A DNA stretch of 63,799 bases, counting the filler, from Vannella sp. (taxonomy: Eukaryota): assembly GCA_023345925.1 (NCBI GenBank). It is 7 parts of 7 records of this genome, joined end to end, with 100 filler letters (N's around TTAATTAATTAA, not from the genome) between each part and the next. Parts side by side here need not be neighbours in the genome. Positions count along the whole stretch, not along the records: positions 8,834 to 27,942 come from JAJQQN010001195.1; positions 28,043 to 32,459 come from JAJQQN010001266.1; positions 32,560 to 36,142 come from JAJQQN010000240.1; 4 more parts are not named here. One strand, given 5' to 3'. This document shows positions 23,239 through 35,600 of this stretch, one piece after another. Every line of letters starts with the position of its first letter. Position 1 is the first letter of the stretch. The position numbers and the translations under genes were made by a program. The notes beneath the pieces were generated by a model. The model had not been told where the DNA came from, searched no databases, and saw nothing but the letters and a program-made list of their open reading frames with translations.

Positions 23239-23853
23239 ATGAAAGTGAAGCCGACAAGGTTTGATGAGACCTTCGACTGGACAAGCAAGGTCGCACCTGT
23301 TGGTCGATCAGCAGCGATGATGAGTGCTGAGACGGCACTCCAACTATACCCAGAAACGCTAGCATCGCCTGCCAGGGAACTGGGGCGAAGTCTGTTCAGT
23401 GCAAGGATGGCGTATTCGCTCTTCCTTGCTGGGAACGTTCTTCTCTCAGAGTGGTTCCGCTCTCCATCGTACTCTCTCATGCAATCCGCTCTACCACCTA
23501 TCGCGTACCACTTTGTACCCGTTCCTTTGTGGCGGTTGGCGTTCATGCAAAGCTGTTCGCGTATTCTTCATCAAATTGCTGCTGGGAACGTGCCTCAGCC
23601 ACAGTCAACTGCTGAAACCCTCTCTCTACATCTCATGATCGAGCGTGCCAGAACTCTCGATCGCCAAGCCGGCCTGGTAAAGCTTGATCCCGATGGATTT
23701 CAACTGCTCTCAGCGATCTCTGACGACGACTACGAAGACCTGATCTTTGAAGAAGGCCTCTGTTTCCAGAGCACCAACTTCTTAGAGATGTGGAGCGAAC
23801 CGCCACGGCATTTAGTCCATCCGCAGGACTGGTTCAATCCACTCTGGAGATAG
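23239..23853 (+). CDS. Hypothetical protein, intronless, 204 aa
   Basis: Clean ATG ORF after an AT-rich spacer; motifs PQPQSTAETLSLHLMI and VHPQDWFNPL. Confidence 0.65.
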   Translation: MKVKPTRFDETFDWTSKVAPVGRSAAMMSAETALQLYPETLASPARELGRSLFSARMAYSLFLAGNVLLSEWFRSPSYSLMQSALPPIAYHFVPVPLWRLAFMQSCSRILHQIAAGNVPQPQSTAETLSLHLMIERARTLDRQAGLVKLDPDGFQLLSAISDDDYEDLIFEEGLCFQSTNFLEMWSEPPRHLVHPQDWFNPLWR

Positions 23854-24094
23854 TCTCGATTAGACCTCCCAATGGAAGGAAGTAAGAGGTAAATGTACTT
23901 TAAATGAAGAATAGGACACAACCAACGGTATTAGCTCCATCTGAATCACATTCGCGCCATTTCCGAGGAGGCTGGACTCAACTTGGAAGCACTCAGGAGG
24001 ATGTGGCAAGAGCGAGAGAGTGATGAAGAGTGGCTTGATGAGAACTGGGGGCGTATCAAGCTGTTTATGGTGAAGGGGAGCGCTCCAGGTCTGT

Positions 24095-25316
24095 TTAGAA
24101 CCAACTCTTTTTCTTGGTTGGTTTCTCGTCTCTCTCGGGTTTCTCTTTTTCTTGAGACAGACTCTCCAGCTCTTGAAGGCGCTTTGTAAGCTGGGTGATC
24201 TCGGCTTGCAAATCCTTGACTTGGGCGGATTCTGACTCGAGAGGAGAAGGTTCGGTCACTTTGTTCTTCTCCTGCTCCAGTCTGCGAAGAACCAAATCCC
24301 GAATGTAGCCTGAATGATTCCCAATGTTAATTCACGAGTGGACTTTAAGATTACTTCACCGAACGTACCGTTGTCTTCATCATGGTGGCGCCCATTCAGC
24401 CCAATAGCACTGGAATTCAACTCTAAAATGTACTCTTTGTCCTCTGCCTCAACGCGGATGAGATCAATTGCGCAGATATCCATCCCGCAATCTGCAGATG
24501 CCTCCTCAATCCAGCGAATGTACCGTTCAGGGATGACTTCCATGTCTTCATCCTTCATGAACATGTCCACGTTGGATTTCCAATGCTGGGAAGTTCTTCG
24601 GAAAGCTCGGTAGTGGTTCCCAATCTTCTGAATTCGGATGTCAAAGTCCCATTTGATAAAGGGCTCGGAGAAGAAGAACTGCGTTTGCATTGCAGCAACG
24701 CTGCAAAAGTCGTCCCAATGCGCCGAGTCATCAATCTTCATCTTGCCTAGACCTCCAGACGCGGTTCCAATCTTGGCAACGGCTGGAAAGTCAGGATGGA
24801 AGGTGGCCGATCTCCAATCACTGTAACAGCTTTGTGGCACCAAAGGGAACTCCTTGAAACCACCCAATCTCTTCTGCGTACGTAACAGCTTTCCATACAT
24901 CGCTGCCTGCAAATGGAGTGTCAGAGGCAAGAAGTGAAAGCAAAAGGACATTTTCTCACCCTATCCTGTGAAACCATGAAGGAAAAGCCCGAGTTGATGG
25001 TTGGAACACCGCTGTGAATGATAGTACTAAGTAAAGCTCTCCAATCTACTCTAGGTCCTCCCATGCAAGTGGCACGAAGGAGGATCATGTGAGGGACCAT
25101 GTGCCGGGCTTGATTTTGAGGGGTTCCTGGCAACGGGTTCTTCGATGCAGCAGAGATAGAGGCAACTAAGCCCCCATTTCCACCGTGGGAGCAGAGTCGA
25201 AGGTCATCCCAAATACATTGCTCAACCACGACGGGCTCTCCCAGCACCTGTTGCCCAGCAAATAGCTCATAATAGTTGATTCGGGCTCCTGCAATGACCA
25301 AAAGGTTGACTGGCAT
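24095..25316 (-). CDS. Synapsin-like ATP-grasp protein with a C-terminal coiled coil, 2 introns
   Basis: GVPTINS, FPLVPQ, FPAVAKIGTASGGLGKMKI, EPFIKWDFDIRIQKIGNHYRAFRR...WKSN, DICAID, YILELN. Confidence 0.88.
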
Positions 25317-25395
25317 GTCTGCTATCACAAGAGCTTTACAAATGAGGCGCACAAGAGGGAAAAATGACCCCACCAGTGGCTTCACAGAAACAGGC

Positions 25396-25478
25396 TATAT
25401 TTAGATCATGGGTCTATTTTTAGATCATGGGTCTATTTTTAGATCATGATTCTATTTTTAGATCATGGTTCTATTTTT
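25396..25478. repeat. 19-bp tandem repeat x4
   Basis: CTATTTTTAGATCATG(G/A)(G/T)T repeated upstream of the synapsin-like start. Confidence 0.9.
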
Positions 25479-25735
25479 GATTAAACCTCAAAGATTGTTT
25501 GTTTTATCATGTCTTCTGTCAACTGATGAATGTATCAGAAGTCAGGAGCTCAACGCGAAACCTTTGTGGCGTTTGTTGGCGAATGGGCCAGATCGTTCTC
25601 ACTTTGCGTCAAGAGTCGAGTGTGACTTTTTTCAATTGCAATGACCCAGTCGTTTTAAGATAATGCATAAGGGTTGCTGTTGACTCAACGTTCAGAAAAC
25701 GATTTTCTGGATGGAAAGCCTAAAACAGTGTTCTT

Positions 25736-27942
25736 TCACACAGGATATTGAAAAGTCCAACGGTACTCGTCATATTTGAAGGCAACTTTCTCTTCCTTTT
25801 CCATGATGAGTGCGACAATTTCTTGTTGGTCTGCTGCCAGATAGGAGGCAATGGCTTGGAGCATTTGACGTTCAGAACATCCAAAATCTTGGTAGAACCA
25901 TTGCAAAATACGTGGCAGGCGAGCCACAAAGTTCCTCTTTGAGCTTGGATAGACGCTAACACATTGAGATAGGAATTGAATTGCGTTGTCACGAAGTTCA
26001 TCGCTGAGTCGTTTTGAGGAATAGATCCGTAAGGGAGGGGAAGATGCTGTTCCTGAACATAACGCAAAGTTAATAAGCGAATCTGGATCGTTCACACGAT
26101 ACTTATAGCGTGGGTCTTCAGTCTTGAGCTTGGGTAGAAGCACTCCAGAGAACAGTCCATTTGGTCCGTTGGAGCAGGCACGCAAACATCCATGATCGAT
26201 ATCCCAAAGGTTATAAGAGTGGCCTCCGATATTGTACATTGCCTTTCGAAAGAATCTCATCCGACTGAGAGTTGACTTGACTTTGGCAAGAGAAGGATTA
26301 ACTAAGTAGGTTTGGAGGGACAAGGTGTTGTAGGCATTGAGGAACAGAGCAATCCGCTCGCTGTTGCTCATCTCAATGAGATCAGCGTGTTGTAGAGAGG
26401 CAATAGTACATTCAAATTTCTCATAAGATGGATCAGCGGAGACTGCAGAGCGATTAGAAGTGGAAAAAGGGGGAAGATCATAACTTACTGACTTCTAAAA
26501 CAGACAGTTCAGCTCTCCTGAAGAGAGGTTTGTAGTATTGATATAAGTCAATTAGAATACGAAGGGCGCTTTCAATGACTTCTAATGGTGAGAAACAAGG
26601 ACGATCCCAAGGAATACGTGCATTTGCAACTTTCGGGACAGAGACCACATATCGGGGTGTGGTGGAGGTTTCAAAATAACTCTCCTCCGTATGGTTACTT
26701 GAATAGAAAAATCCTAAGGCTAGGAGTTGTGCGGCTATCAAATTGGCTTGCTCTGCATCGACTCCAAGATGTTCTATCAGCCAGCGGATTATTTCTGACC
26801 CAGAAAAGAACAAATTTTCATGCTTTTTGGTTTTCTTTGGGACCCATTTTGATTTGAAACTCTCAAGACTCGAAACCAAAGCAGCTCCGATACAAAAGTA
26901 GTCCGGAAATGGCCCATATTTGAATCGACTTGCCGAAATGGAGGCGCCAATCTGCTTCTCTGATTGGGGGCATTTCATTCTGTTTCGAGGAGAGCTTTGC
27001 GGTGAATCTGTGCCTATCCTTATTACTTTTTGCATTGGTCGGAGAAGGCCAGAAAGTTCCTCCAACGAATTGCTCTTGAATTCGAATTTCTGCTGGTAAG
27101 GACCTATCAAAGAGAAACTGAGTTGATTTTGATCGCAAGAAAATCGCAACTCCTCCACTGCTATGCTTCTTAGGTATTGCAAGTGGATAGAGGCTATGAT
27201 GAGTTCATGAGAAGTCAGAATTCCAAGGCCATCTTGCTCTCGAGGATGATCGAAAGTTTGGTAACGCATCGGACACTCCCAGAATACCCTACGATTTGGA
27301 TTGACAAGATAGTCCTGGCAAAGAGGCGAAAGCCTCTGAGTTAGGGGAGATTCGGTAATTCACATTCTCTTTCACTTACTGGTGCTCCGGTCAGACGCAA
27401 GCGAAATAAGTTTTGAATGTACAAGAAGGTGTGAAAGGAATTGAGCTTCCTTTGGATATCATTGAGCTGCAGTTTGAGCTCGTCCAGAACAAGAGATCGA
27501 TGAAAGTAGTCCGGATGGTTCTCGGGACTGATCATTTGGAGGGACTGGAAGAAGTCAAAGTACTCACGAAGACGAATGGTTGGAAATTGAAGGAAGATGT
27601 CGGGTTGGCTCTCCGTAGGAGGTCGCCAATAGACGGAATGGGTGCATTCGTCTGTAAGAAGGCGAAGAACTCGAGGTCTTTCGGTAAAGAGGAGCGTTGA
27701 CATGACTCTGAGGCATTTGATCTATGTGTTCTATCATGAGAGATGCAAGAAGGAGCCAGCCGGGTCTCATACCTCGTCGTTGATGGGCTTAGCAAGGATC
27801 AAAGGTGTTCCATTGCGGATAGCAAGAGTCAGGAGGTCCGCAATCGACTTCTCCGCTTGGATAAGAAGCTCTATGGATGTTTGAATGGAGCGAAGGATGT
27901 TAACCAGACCCAAACTGTGATTGAGAGAGCCACTCGAGCTGG
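25736..27942 (-). CDS. Multi-exon protein: DH(RhoGEF)-like, PH-like, DEP and DUF547 domains (5' truncated by spacer)
   Basis: DH-like end FPTIRLREY...SPENHPDY; DEP FSGSEIIRWL...QLLALGF; DUF547 IALFLNAYN...LINFALCSGTASSPPL...LPRILQWFYQDF. Confidence 0.7.
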
Positions 27943-28042
27943 NNNNNNNNNNNNNNNNNNNNNNNNNNNNNNNNNNNNNNNNNNNNTTAATTAATTAANN
28001 NNNNNNNNNNNNNNNNNNNNNNNNNNNNNNNNNNNNNNNNNN
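27943..28042. other. Artificial contig-joining spacer
   Basis: N-run containing TTAATTAATTAA. Confidence 0.98.
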
Positions 28043-28120
28043 GAAATGGGCGTTTCAGACGAAGCTTCGTGTGTTCTGTAATTTTACATTTTTAGTCTTT
28101 TCTAAACAAGTTCATCACGA

Positions 28121-28960
28121 TCATGACGATGCCACAGTGACGGTGGGGGTGGCAGTGTTTCCGATGATCTTCTGGTGATAAGAGTAGAAGTCTGGAGACT
28201 GTTTGGACACAAAGGCGCGAATGAGCGCTCTCCATTGGAGGAAGCACCAGTTGAAGTTCATGCCGAGGAGGAACACGAGACAAGTGTAGAGGGAGTAGAG
28301 GACGGCGTAGGTCTTCCAGTCACCAACAGCGAGGTAAGTGGCTCCGAGTGTGTAGATGAAGCCATAGAACCAGGCCAATCCAATCCGTGTGCTGGTGTAG
28401 CCAATGCAGATCAGTGTTCGGCAGAAGAGGTTGGGGAAAACGCGGGACGTTTGAACCAGAATAGCTCCCATCTCGAACAGGGACATCGTGCAAACGGAGA
28501 GGATCAATGAGCTCTCATGATGGTAGGCAGTAAGAAGGTATGCAGCAATGGCACCAAGGTGGTGTTTCAGGTAGGAGGTCCGGGCGATGAAGAACGAGTC
28601 CATGATGAAGTAGCCAGTGGAAGCGTAGCACACGACGTTGGCAGTGACTTGCATTGCGAATCGGTTGGTGTAGAAGGACTCAAGCATGTCTGAGTACGAG
28701 CAAGAAGGAGTGCATAGTAGCCACATGACGGGGAAGCCCATCAAGCAAGTGGTTGCAGCGTGGATCTGGCAGACCACACGACCAGCGTTGGGAGTAAAGT
28801 TCTGTAGAGTTTGACGGAGGGAAAGCCAGAGGATGGCCATGACCAACATCCATGCAGGTTGGAACTGCTCAAAGCGAAGTGCAAGGTCCGAAGGAGAACC
28901 ACTGTTGGAGAGGGCGACCAGTACATATTCAGCAATCTCTGTTGCGAGTTGGATGATCAT
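28121..28960 (-). CDS. TLC (TRAM/LAG1/CLN8) domain membrane protein
   Basis: Several TM segments; QIHA, STGYFIMD, LKHH, LFEMG, TRI, MNFNW motifs. Confidence 0.75.
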   Translation of the reverse strand: MIIQLATEIAEYVLVALSNSGSPSDLALRFEQFQPAWMLVMAILWLSLRQTLQNFTPNAGRVVCQIHAATTCLMGFPVMWLLCTPSCSYSDMLESFYTNRFAMQVTANVVCYASTGYFIMDSFFIARTSYLKHHLGAIAAYLLTAYHHESSLILSVCTMSLFEMGAILVQTSRVFPNLFCRTLICIGYTSTRIGLAWFYGFIYTLGATYLAVGDWKTYAVLYSLYTCLVFLLGMNFNWCFLQWRALIRAFVSKQSPDFYSYHQKIIGNTATPTVTVASS

Positions 28961-29795
28961 GTGGTGCTGGGTGTTTGATAATGAAACCAGAAGTCCAACA
29001 CAGTCCCTTTTATTGCTCACAGAGCATTTGCGCTAAGCCGAAATCTCACGCGCCACCACTCAGGAAGGAGGCCCAACCGTTCGCGAGAACCCAACCAGAG
29101 TTCCTTGGCTTTTGATTGGCTAACAGAATTCCTCATAACGTTGTGCATTTTCCAATTTAGCGATTTAGGTTAGTTAGACTATCATAATTGCAGAAGCTTC
29201 TCTGATCTTAAAAAGAGAAATTTATCCTTTGTCCTCCCAAACGGTCTGATCAGAGACAGTCTTCTGGAGTCACGCGGTTGTGGGTCGCAGTATCATCCTG
29301 GCCTCGTTCTAGTTTCCATGTTCTTTGGACTGATTTACCCTCAGTAAGGAGCAAAAGCTGACCTCTTGGCACTGGTGTGGTTGGCACTCCTTCCAAGCAA
29401 CAGTTGATGACTTTGCGCATGACTTCAGGCCCTGAACAACGAAGACATGGCTTCTAGACGTCTAGACGATAGACGCCTCCCCTCCGTCTGCGCTTCTTCC
29501 CTCAAATCGCTCAAGCGCTCGCTGTACAGCTTGCGGATTTGACCGGCTTCTCAAACCCCAGAGTTTTGCCACAGTTTGGTGCATTGGCTACCAACAGAGT
29601 AAACATACGAGTATCTCCTTTGTCATAGCTTTCTTCACAGAGAGGGTGAAGGAATCACGATGGACCCCTTCATGATGTCTTTGATGATGAGGCTTTGTCG
29701 CAGCCCTCGATTCGTCCATGTGATCCGAGATGTCCAAGCGACAGGATTCTCTTCATTAGGCGAGCTTGTGGGAATTATTGATCATTTGATTGGTA

Positions 29796-31875
29796 ATGTG
29801 GAGGATCCGTGGGGTGGTTCGAGAGGTGGGCCACATTCGGGGTTGTTTGGGCTCTCGTTCTCGATGTACAGTGGCTGCTATGATGACGAACGATATGGAC
29901 TTGTCTCGGTTTACGCCTGATCGCATACGGAACTTCTGCATCATTGCCCACATCGACCATGGAAAGACGACCCTGAGTGATCGTTTGATGGAGCGGACAG
30001 GTGAGAAGGAGGCACACAGGAACCAACGAATCCTCTAACATGAACCAGGAACAATCGCCGCCCGAGGCTCACGGCCCGCTGATGGGTTGGTGCTGGACAA
30101 GCTGCAAGTGGAAAAGGAGAGGGGAATCACGGTTAAGGCACAAGCGTGCTCCATGATTCACAAGTTCTTAAACAAGGAGGGGAGAGAGGAGGAGCTCTTA
30201 CTCAACCTGATTGATACTCCTGGACATGTTGACTTTAGCTATGAAGTATCGCGGTCTCTCTCCATCTGCCAGAGCGCTGTCCTTTTGGTAGACTGCCTCC
30301 AAGGCATTCAAGCCCAGACCATCTCTAACCTGTTGATGGCGTTTGATGAAGGCCTGGACATCGTCCCAGTCATCAATAAGGTCGACCTGGCTCCTGATCA
30401 GACCACCATCAGGGAGTTGGAGAAGGAGATCAATAAGATCCTCTTGGAAGAGGTTCCCATTCTACCTGTATCCGCTCGAAGTGGAGCCGGAGTGGAGGAG
30501 TTACTCACGCAAACCCACTCGATGAAAGCGCCTCCTTCAGAGTTGGGGAGACCGTTGAAGGCGGTCCTCTTTGACTCTTGGTTTGAATCCTATCGTGGAG
30601 TCATCTGTTTGATGTCTGTGATCGACGGGAAGGTGGGACCAGGAGATGTAATCCAGTCATCCGCGAGTGGCCAGTCCTACGAGGTCGCTCGTGTCGGCAT
30701 TCTCAACCCGAATATGACTTTCACAAAGGCTCTTACTGCTGGTCAGGTGGGGTTCGTAATCACCACGATGAAGCACCGCAAGGATGCCAAGATTGGCGAC
30801 ACTTTCTTCCATCCTCACAGTCCGGTTGAAGCTGTTGCTGGATACAAAGAAACCAAGCCCATGGTGTTCGCTGGCATATACCCCATGGAGCCTGAGCAGT
30901 ATGACGCCATGAGGTTTGCCATGGAGAAGCTGACACTGACAGATTCCGGTGTGACATTCACGGAAGAGAATAAGTGAGTTTTGTGATGGGGGCGGATGCT
31001 CTAAGGTTTAACAACGCCATAGTTCCGCTCTTGGGAATGGGTATCGGTGTGGATTCTTAGGAGTTCTTCACATGGAGGTTTTCACTCAACGGTTGGAACA
31101 AGAGTTTGGAGTTCATGTTCTCAATACGGCTCCTTCTGTTCCCTACAAATGTAAGCCTTTGGGGGGTCAATAGTTTCAGCCTCTCTGACAAGTACATGGT
31201 CCAGTGATCTTCAGGGACGGGACTGAAACCACGGTCACTAATCCAGAGGACTTCCCGCCAGATTCTTCTGCATACAAAGAATGCCTGGAACCTGTAGTTC
31301 GGGCAAATATCATCGCCCCTTCGCAATACTATGGAAGTCTCATTGCTCTCTGCAGCAAAGCTGGAGGAGAGCAAGAGTCTGTGGAGCATATCGATGAGCA
31401 CAGAATCCGATTCACCTACATCATTCCCCTCAGTGAGGTGGTCATCGACTTTTACGACAACCTAAAGCAAACCACAGCTGGACTTGCAAGCTTTGACTAC
31501 GAAGAGCACGGCTATCGTGAAGCAGACCACGTCAAAATGGACATCAAAGTGAATGGAGAGATTCTCCCGCCCCTTTCGGTCATCTGCCACAAAGACCGAG
31601 CGGTTGCCATGGGACGACAAGCCGTAGAGAAACTGAAGGAAAAGATACCTCGCCAGCTCTTTGTTGTCCCCATTCAAGCCGTCATCGGCTCCAAAGTCAT
31701 CTCCCGAGTGAGCATCACCGCCGTTCGCAAGGATGTTACCGCCAAGTGCTACGGAGGAGACATCACTCGAAAGAGGAAACTACTCGAGAAGCAAAAGGAG
31801 GGAAAGAAGCGCCTCCGCTCCTTTGGCAACATAGAAGTGTCCCAAGAAACCCTCCAATCCATGCTCAAGCGATAA
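29796..31875 (+). CDS. GUF1: Mitochondrial translation factor GUF1 (LepA/EF4), 3 introns
   Basis: Arg-rich presequence; [70 protein letters not shown]. Confidence 0.97.
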
Positions 31876-31929
31876 AAACTGGATTTCCTCGAATTTTTCG
31901 GAGTTAGGCATCCATTTTTTGGGATCGCG

Positions 31930-32459
31930 ATGGCGCGGGCCATGTTCATCGACACGGCGCGCTACCGCTGGTTTTTGGCCATTGTCGTGGCTAGTGGGCT
32001 GTTGATGTTGGGCGCGATTCTTTTGGGGTTCTTGGGACCTCAGGCGAGGAGTCATTTGGTGGATTACGCGTATGACTGTCCAAGTGGAGGGCATACATGG
32101 TCTCCTCTCTGCAGAGGTGTCCAACTGGGCGTGAGTTTCCATGTTTCTTCATGGCGTTACTGATGAATTGAATAGGAGCCTAATGAGACTTATCAGTTCG
32201 CGCTACCTCGCCTTGAACCGATGAATGGCTTCTGGAGTGTTGCAGTCTTCCCGTACAACCTTGACTATCTCACCATGACCATCAATAAGGCCATCATAGT
32301 CAACGTCAACATCTTTAAGCGCTCCTCAGACACTGAAGAGTGGTCTGTTCTGAAGGCCAACCAAACAGAGACAGAAATCCTCCTTTGTGATCAAGGGGCG
32401 CCACTGTGCTGGGGATTCACTGTCGTCTATGAAGACACCATACGGTATCCTTACTACCT
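31930..32459 (+). CDS. TMEM181/Wntless-like membrane protein, N-terminal part (3' truncated)
   Basis: N-terminal TM ending in LGP, one intron, and a luminal domain with C...C followed by YEDTIRYPYY. Confidence 0.55.
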
Positions 32460-32559
32460 NNNNNNNNNNNNNNNNNNNNNNNNNNNNNNNNNNNNNNNNN
32501 NNNTTAATTAATTAANNNNNNNNNNNNNNNNNNNNNNNNNNNNNNNNNNNNNNNNNNNN
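32460..32559. other. Artificial contig-joining spacer
   Basis: N-run containing TTAATTAATTAA. Confidence 0.98.
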
Positions 32560-33501
32560 ACTGCCTTGGGAGTGACTTTCATTGGTGACTTGATGGTTGA
32601 AGAGAAGCTGAAGCTCCGCGGCATTTTGGATGCTGTTGGTTCGGAGAAAGCGGACAAAAAGAAGCGTTATGATGGCCTCAAGATTTACTCCATCCCGTAC
32701 CCGGGTTATGAGTACTTTGCTGGATGCACTATTTACTCTAAGAAGCTTCTTATCGAGTCTCCGAGAAAAGGTGAAGGGAAACATCATCAAGAGTTGCTCT
32801 CTCAGGCTCATGATGATGTCAATTTCGCTTGGGAGTCACTTTGTTCCACCAAATTGAATGTTCCCCAAGTCCTCGAATCGATTGAAACGGGCCGCATCAA
32901 TCCGGAACTGCAACAGATCGCCTGGAATAAGTACCGGAAGTGGCACATCAGTGAGTCACTTGTTGTTGTGAGATTGGCACTCATTGGGGAGCAGATGAGA
33001 TGACACAGAACTATATCAAACTATTGATTGGAAGCTTTGCTGTCCAGAATGAGGCCCAGGACTGGCCATTTGGTGGTGGAGGAGTATTGGTTCACTGCAT
33101 AATGGGATGGGACCGGACTCCAACTTTCATTGGCTTGTTGAGAATGTCTTTGTGGGCTGATGGAATCGTCAATCCTTCTCTGTCTGCAACAGAGCTCATC
33201 TATCTCTCCATAGCCTATGACTGGATTTCATTTGGGTGCGTTTTATTGCTTACTGACTAACGTTCCTGTTGCTAACCTCATTGAAAGGCACGATTTGGTG
33301 AAGCGAGCCAAACAAGGAGTCGAGTTGATGTACTATTGCTTCCTATCTCTGAAGCTTCTCCACTCTCCCGAGTATTCCTTCCACCATGCACTTGGGGAGC
33401 ATGAACTAGCAGAGTCAACTAATCTGGAACGCCGCCGGAAATTGGAAGAGTTGTACGATACTTTCATGCCAATCTATGCCGACTGTTTCAACCTCGTCTA
33501 A
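32560..33501 (+). CDS. MTMR14: Myotubularin-related protein 14-like phosphoinositide phosphatase (5' truncated)
   Basis: DLMVEEK, SIPYPGYEYF, TQNYIKLL, LVHCIMGWDRTPTFIGLLRMSLWADG (CX5R), AYDWISFGH. Confidence 0.92.
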
Positions 33502-33556
33502 TAACCACACCTAAATCCATGACTCTCTCTATGTACTGCAAACAAAAGTGTATCAA

Positions 33557-35520
33557 CTACACCCGAGGGAAAGAGCAATCAAAGTCTTGAAATGCGTTAA
33601 CTTCGTCGCTGTCCGAAGTGCTCCTCTTATCAAACGAAAGAGGAAGACCCTCTCGGTCAAGCAATTCTGTTGGATGCAGCTGCCCCAGTGAGTATCTTCA
33701 AGGACTCACAGCCGAAAGACTTACAGGCCGGAAACGGAAGGGAGGAGTGACTTTCTTGACGGCCAACTTTTCCCAATTGACTCCTTTGAACCAAGAATGT
33801 CTCTTGATTTGGGCGGCAGACTGAAATCGCTTTTTGGGGTCTCTTTCAAGCATCTAATCAAATAGGTTACAGAACGTTCTGCAGATGGAAGGAGACGCAC
33901 TGTTGATAGTAGCTCGGCCAAGTCTGAAGAGAAGTAATCGCGCGGGTAGCTGACTGTTCTCGATAGAATGGACTGGCAAGTCTCTTGGAAAGTGACGCTG
34001 AGGAAAGGATTCTACTGAGATTTAAGGATACGGAGAGCATGGAGAAGAGAATGTACCGACGTTAGTGGAGATAAGTTCGTAGATCATCACTCCCAAGCTA
34101 AACCAGTCCACCTCGAAGGAATAGGGCTCTCCTCGAATGATTTCTGGGGCAAGGTATCCTTTGCTCCCGCAGATAGTGTGCGCTCTCTCTTCCTCACCAA
34201 CGAGGAACTTGGAAAGCCCAAAGTCAGCCAAACAGATGTGGCCTAACTCATCCAACAGCACATTCTCAAGCTTGAGATCCCTGTAGATCACCCCACATTG
34301 GTGCAGATGCTCCAACGCTAGAACTAACTCTGCTGTAAAGAAGCGGACAACTTGAGGATGGAATCCGCGCCCTTTTCGGCGGGAAAGGTGGTGGAAAAGA
34401 TCTCCGCCGGGCAGAAAGTCTGTGACAAAGTACAGCTTGGTGACAGTCTGGAAGCTGTAGTACAGATGGAGCAGGAATGGGTTGTTGTTGACCAGAACCT
34501 TCTTCTCCGTGTTGATGTGCTCAATGCATGATTCACTCTTTGCCTTTGACTTGTTGATGATCTTCATGGCGTAGGTCTTCCCATTGCTCTTCTTAATCAC
34601 GAGCTTGACCTTGCCGTAGCCTCCCTCCCCAATCGTTTGGATCTGCTGGAAGTCCTCGGGGCTGCAGATTGGGTCCTCTGCCTCAATCTCCTGGTGAATA
34701 GAGTCTTTCCCCATGCACTTCTCAATGTATCTCTGCGCAGGAAGCCAGAAGGTGTCAGACATCCCCTAGGGGGAGAAGAAGAAGAAGACCCACTGTGAAG
34801 CGGAACCAGGTCTTCTTGTCTTCAAATGGCTGGGGCTCCTTGACATGCTGTATGAACCCTTGATCTACCAGCTTTTGCCCCAGCAAGACTGCTTCGTTCC
34901 TACTTCGAAGGGCAAGTCGATGAAGCATCCAATCCACTGCTTGTGAAGCTTCCGTACTTTGATGAGAACCACGAGCTTCCAGTAGGGAAACCTACCAACA
35001 AAGCAATCGGGGTACACATGGAGGAAGCCTGTGCGAGGCTTCACAGAGAGCCCAGAGCCCGAGTCCGCCATCATAAGGGCGATGCCTTTCACCGTCTGCG
35101 GCAGCTCGTTTGAGAGTAGCGTTGGCTTCTTCTTTCTCTTAACTAGGTCCTAAACACATGGTGAGAGCTGGCCCTCGTGAAGAGAAAGGAAGAAGCTACC
35201 GTAAAGTGGTATAGAAAGTTCCCATCTAGGAAGGGCTTCGGGGGATCCATAGAGGACGCTATCAGTCCAGCTTCCATCAGTTGTTGGGCTACTTTGATCC
35301 CCTGAGGGCGAGTGTACGGCTTGTATTCGAGAACCCAGTTGACAAAGTCAGAACCTACCCCCCACTTAGCCCAGCGCCTCCCTTCCACGCCATTCTTACC
35401 ACGGAAGCAATCAGGGAACGACTGGCCCATGAGCTCTCTCGCTTTGACACTCAACCCCGAGCCTGGAGCCGCCATCTTCGACGCCAATCCCGCCAACGCC
35501 TCAAAGTCCCTCAAGCTCAT
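33557..35520 (-). CDS. AGC-family Ser/Thr kinase with two N-terminal DEP domains, multi-exon
   Basis: Two DEP repeats (DCFRGSDFVNWV...QLMEAGLI; DCFVG...QKLVDQGFIQHV); GEGGYG, AMK, YRDLKLEN, DFG, TICGSKGYLAPE; C-tail FQDFDC. Confidence 0.88.
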
Positions 35521-35600
35521 CCGAAGCGTAAAGAAATGGAATTCAACGAGATTGACAGTTAGAGTTTTTGGCACCAGAGAGTTCACGGCCCCAGTAAACC

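Noticed and set aside
25396..25478. Short tandem repeats (also 19904-19968 and 2526-2599) as CRISPR arrays
   Set aside because: No unique spacers, no cas genes, eukaryotic context.
29240..29720. Possible small spliced minus-strand gene (MDESRAATK...)
   Set aside because: Splice sites are ambiguous and no homology was recognised; not supportable without transcripts.
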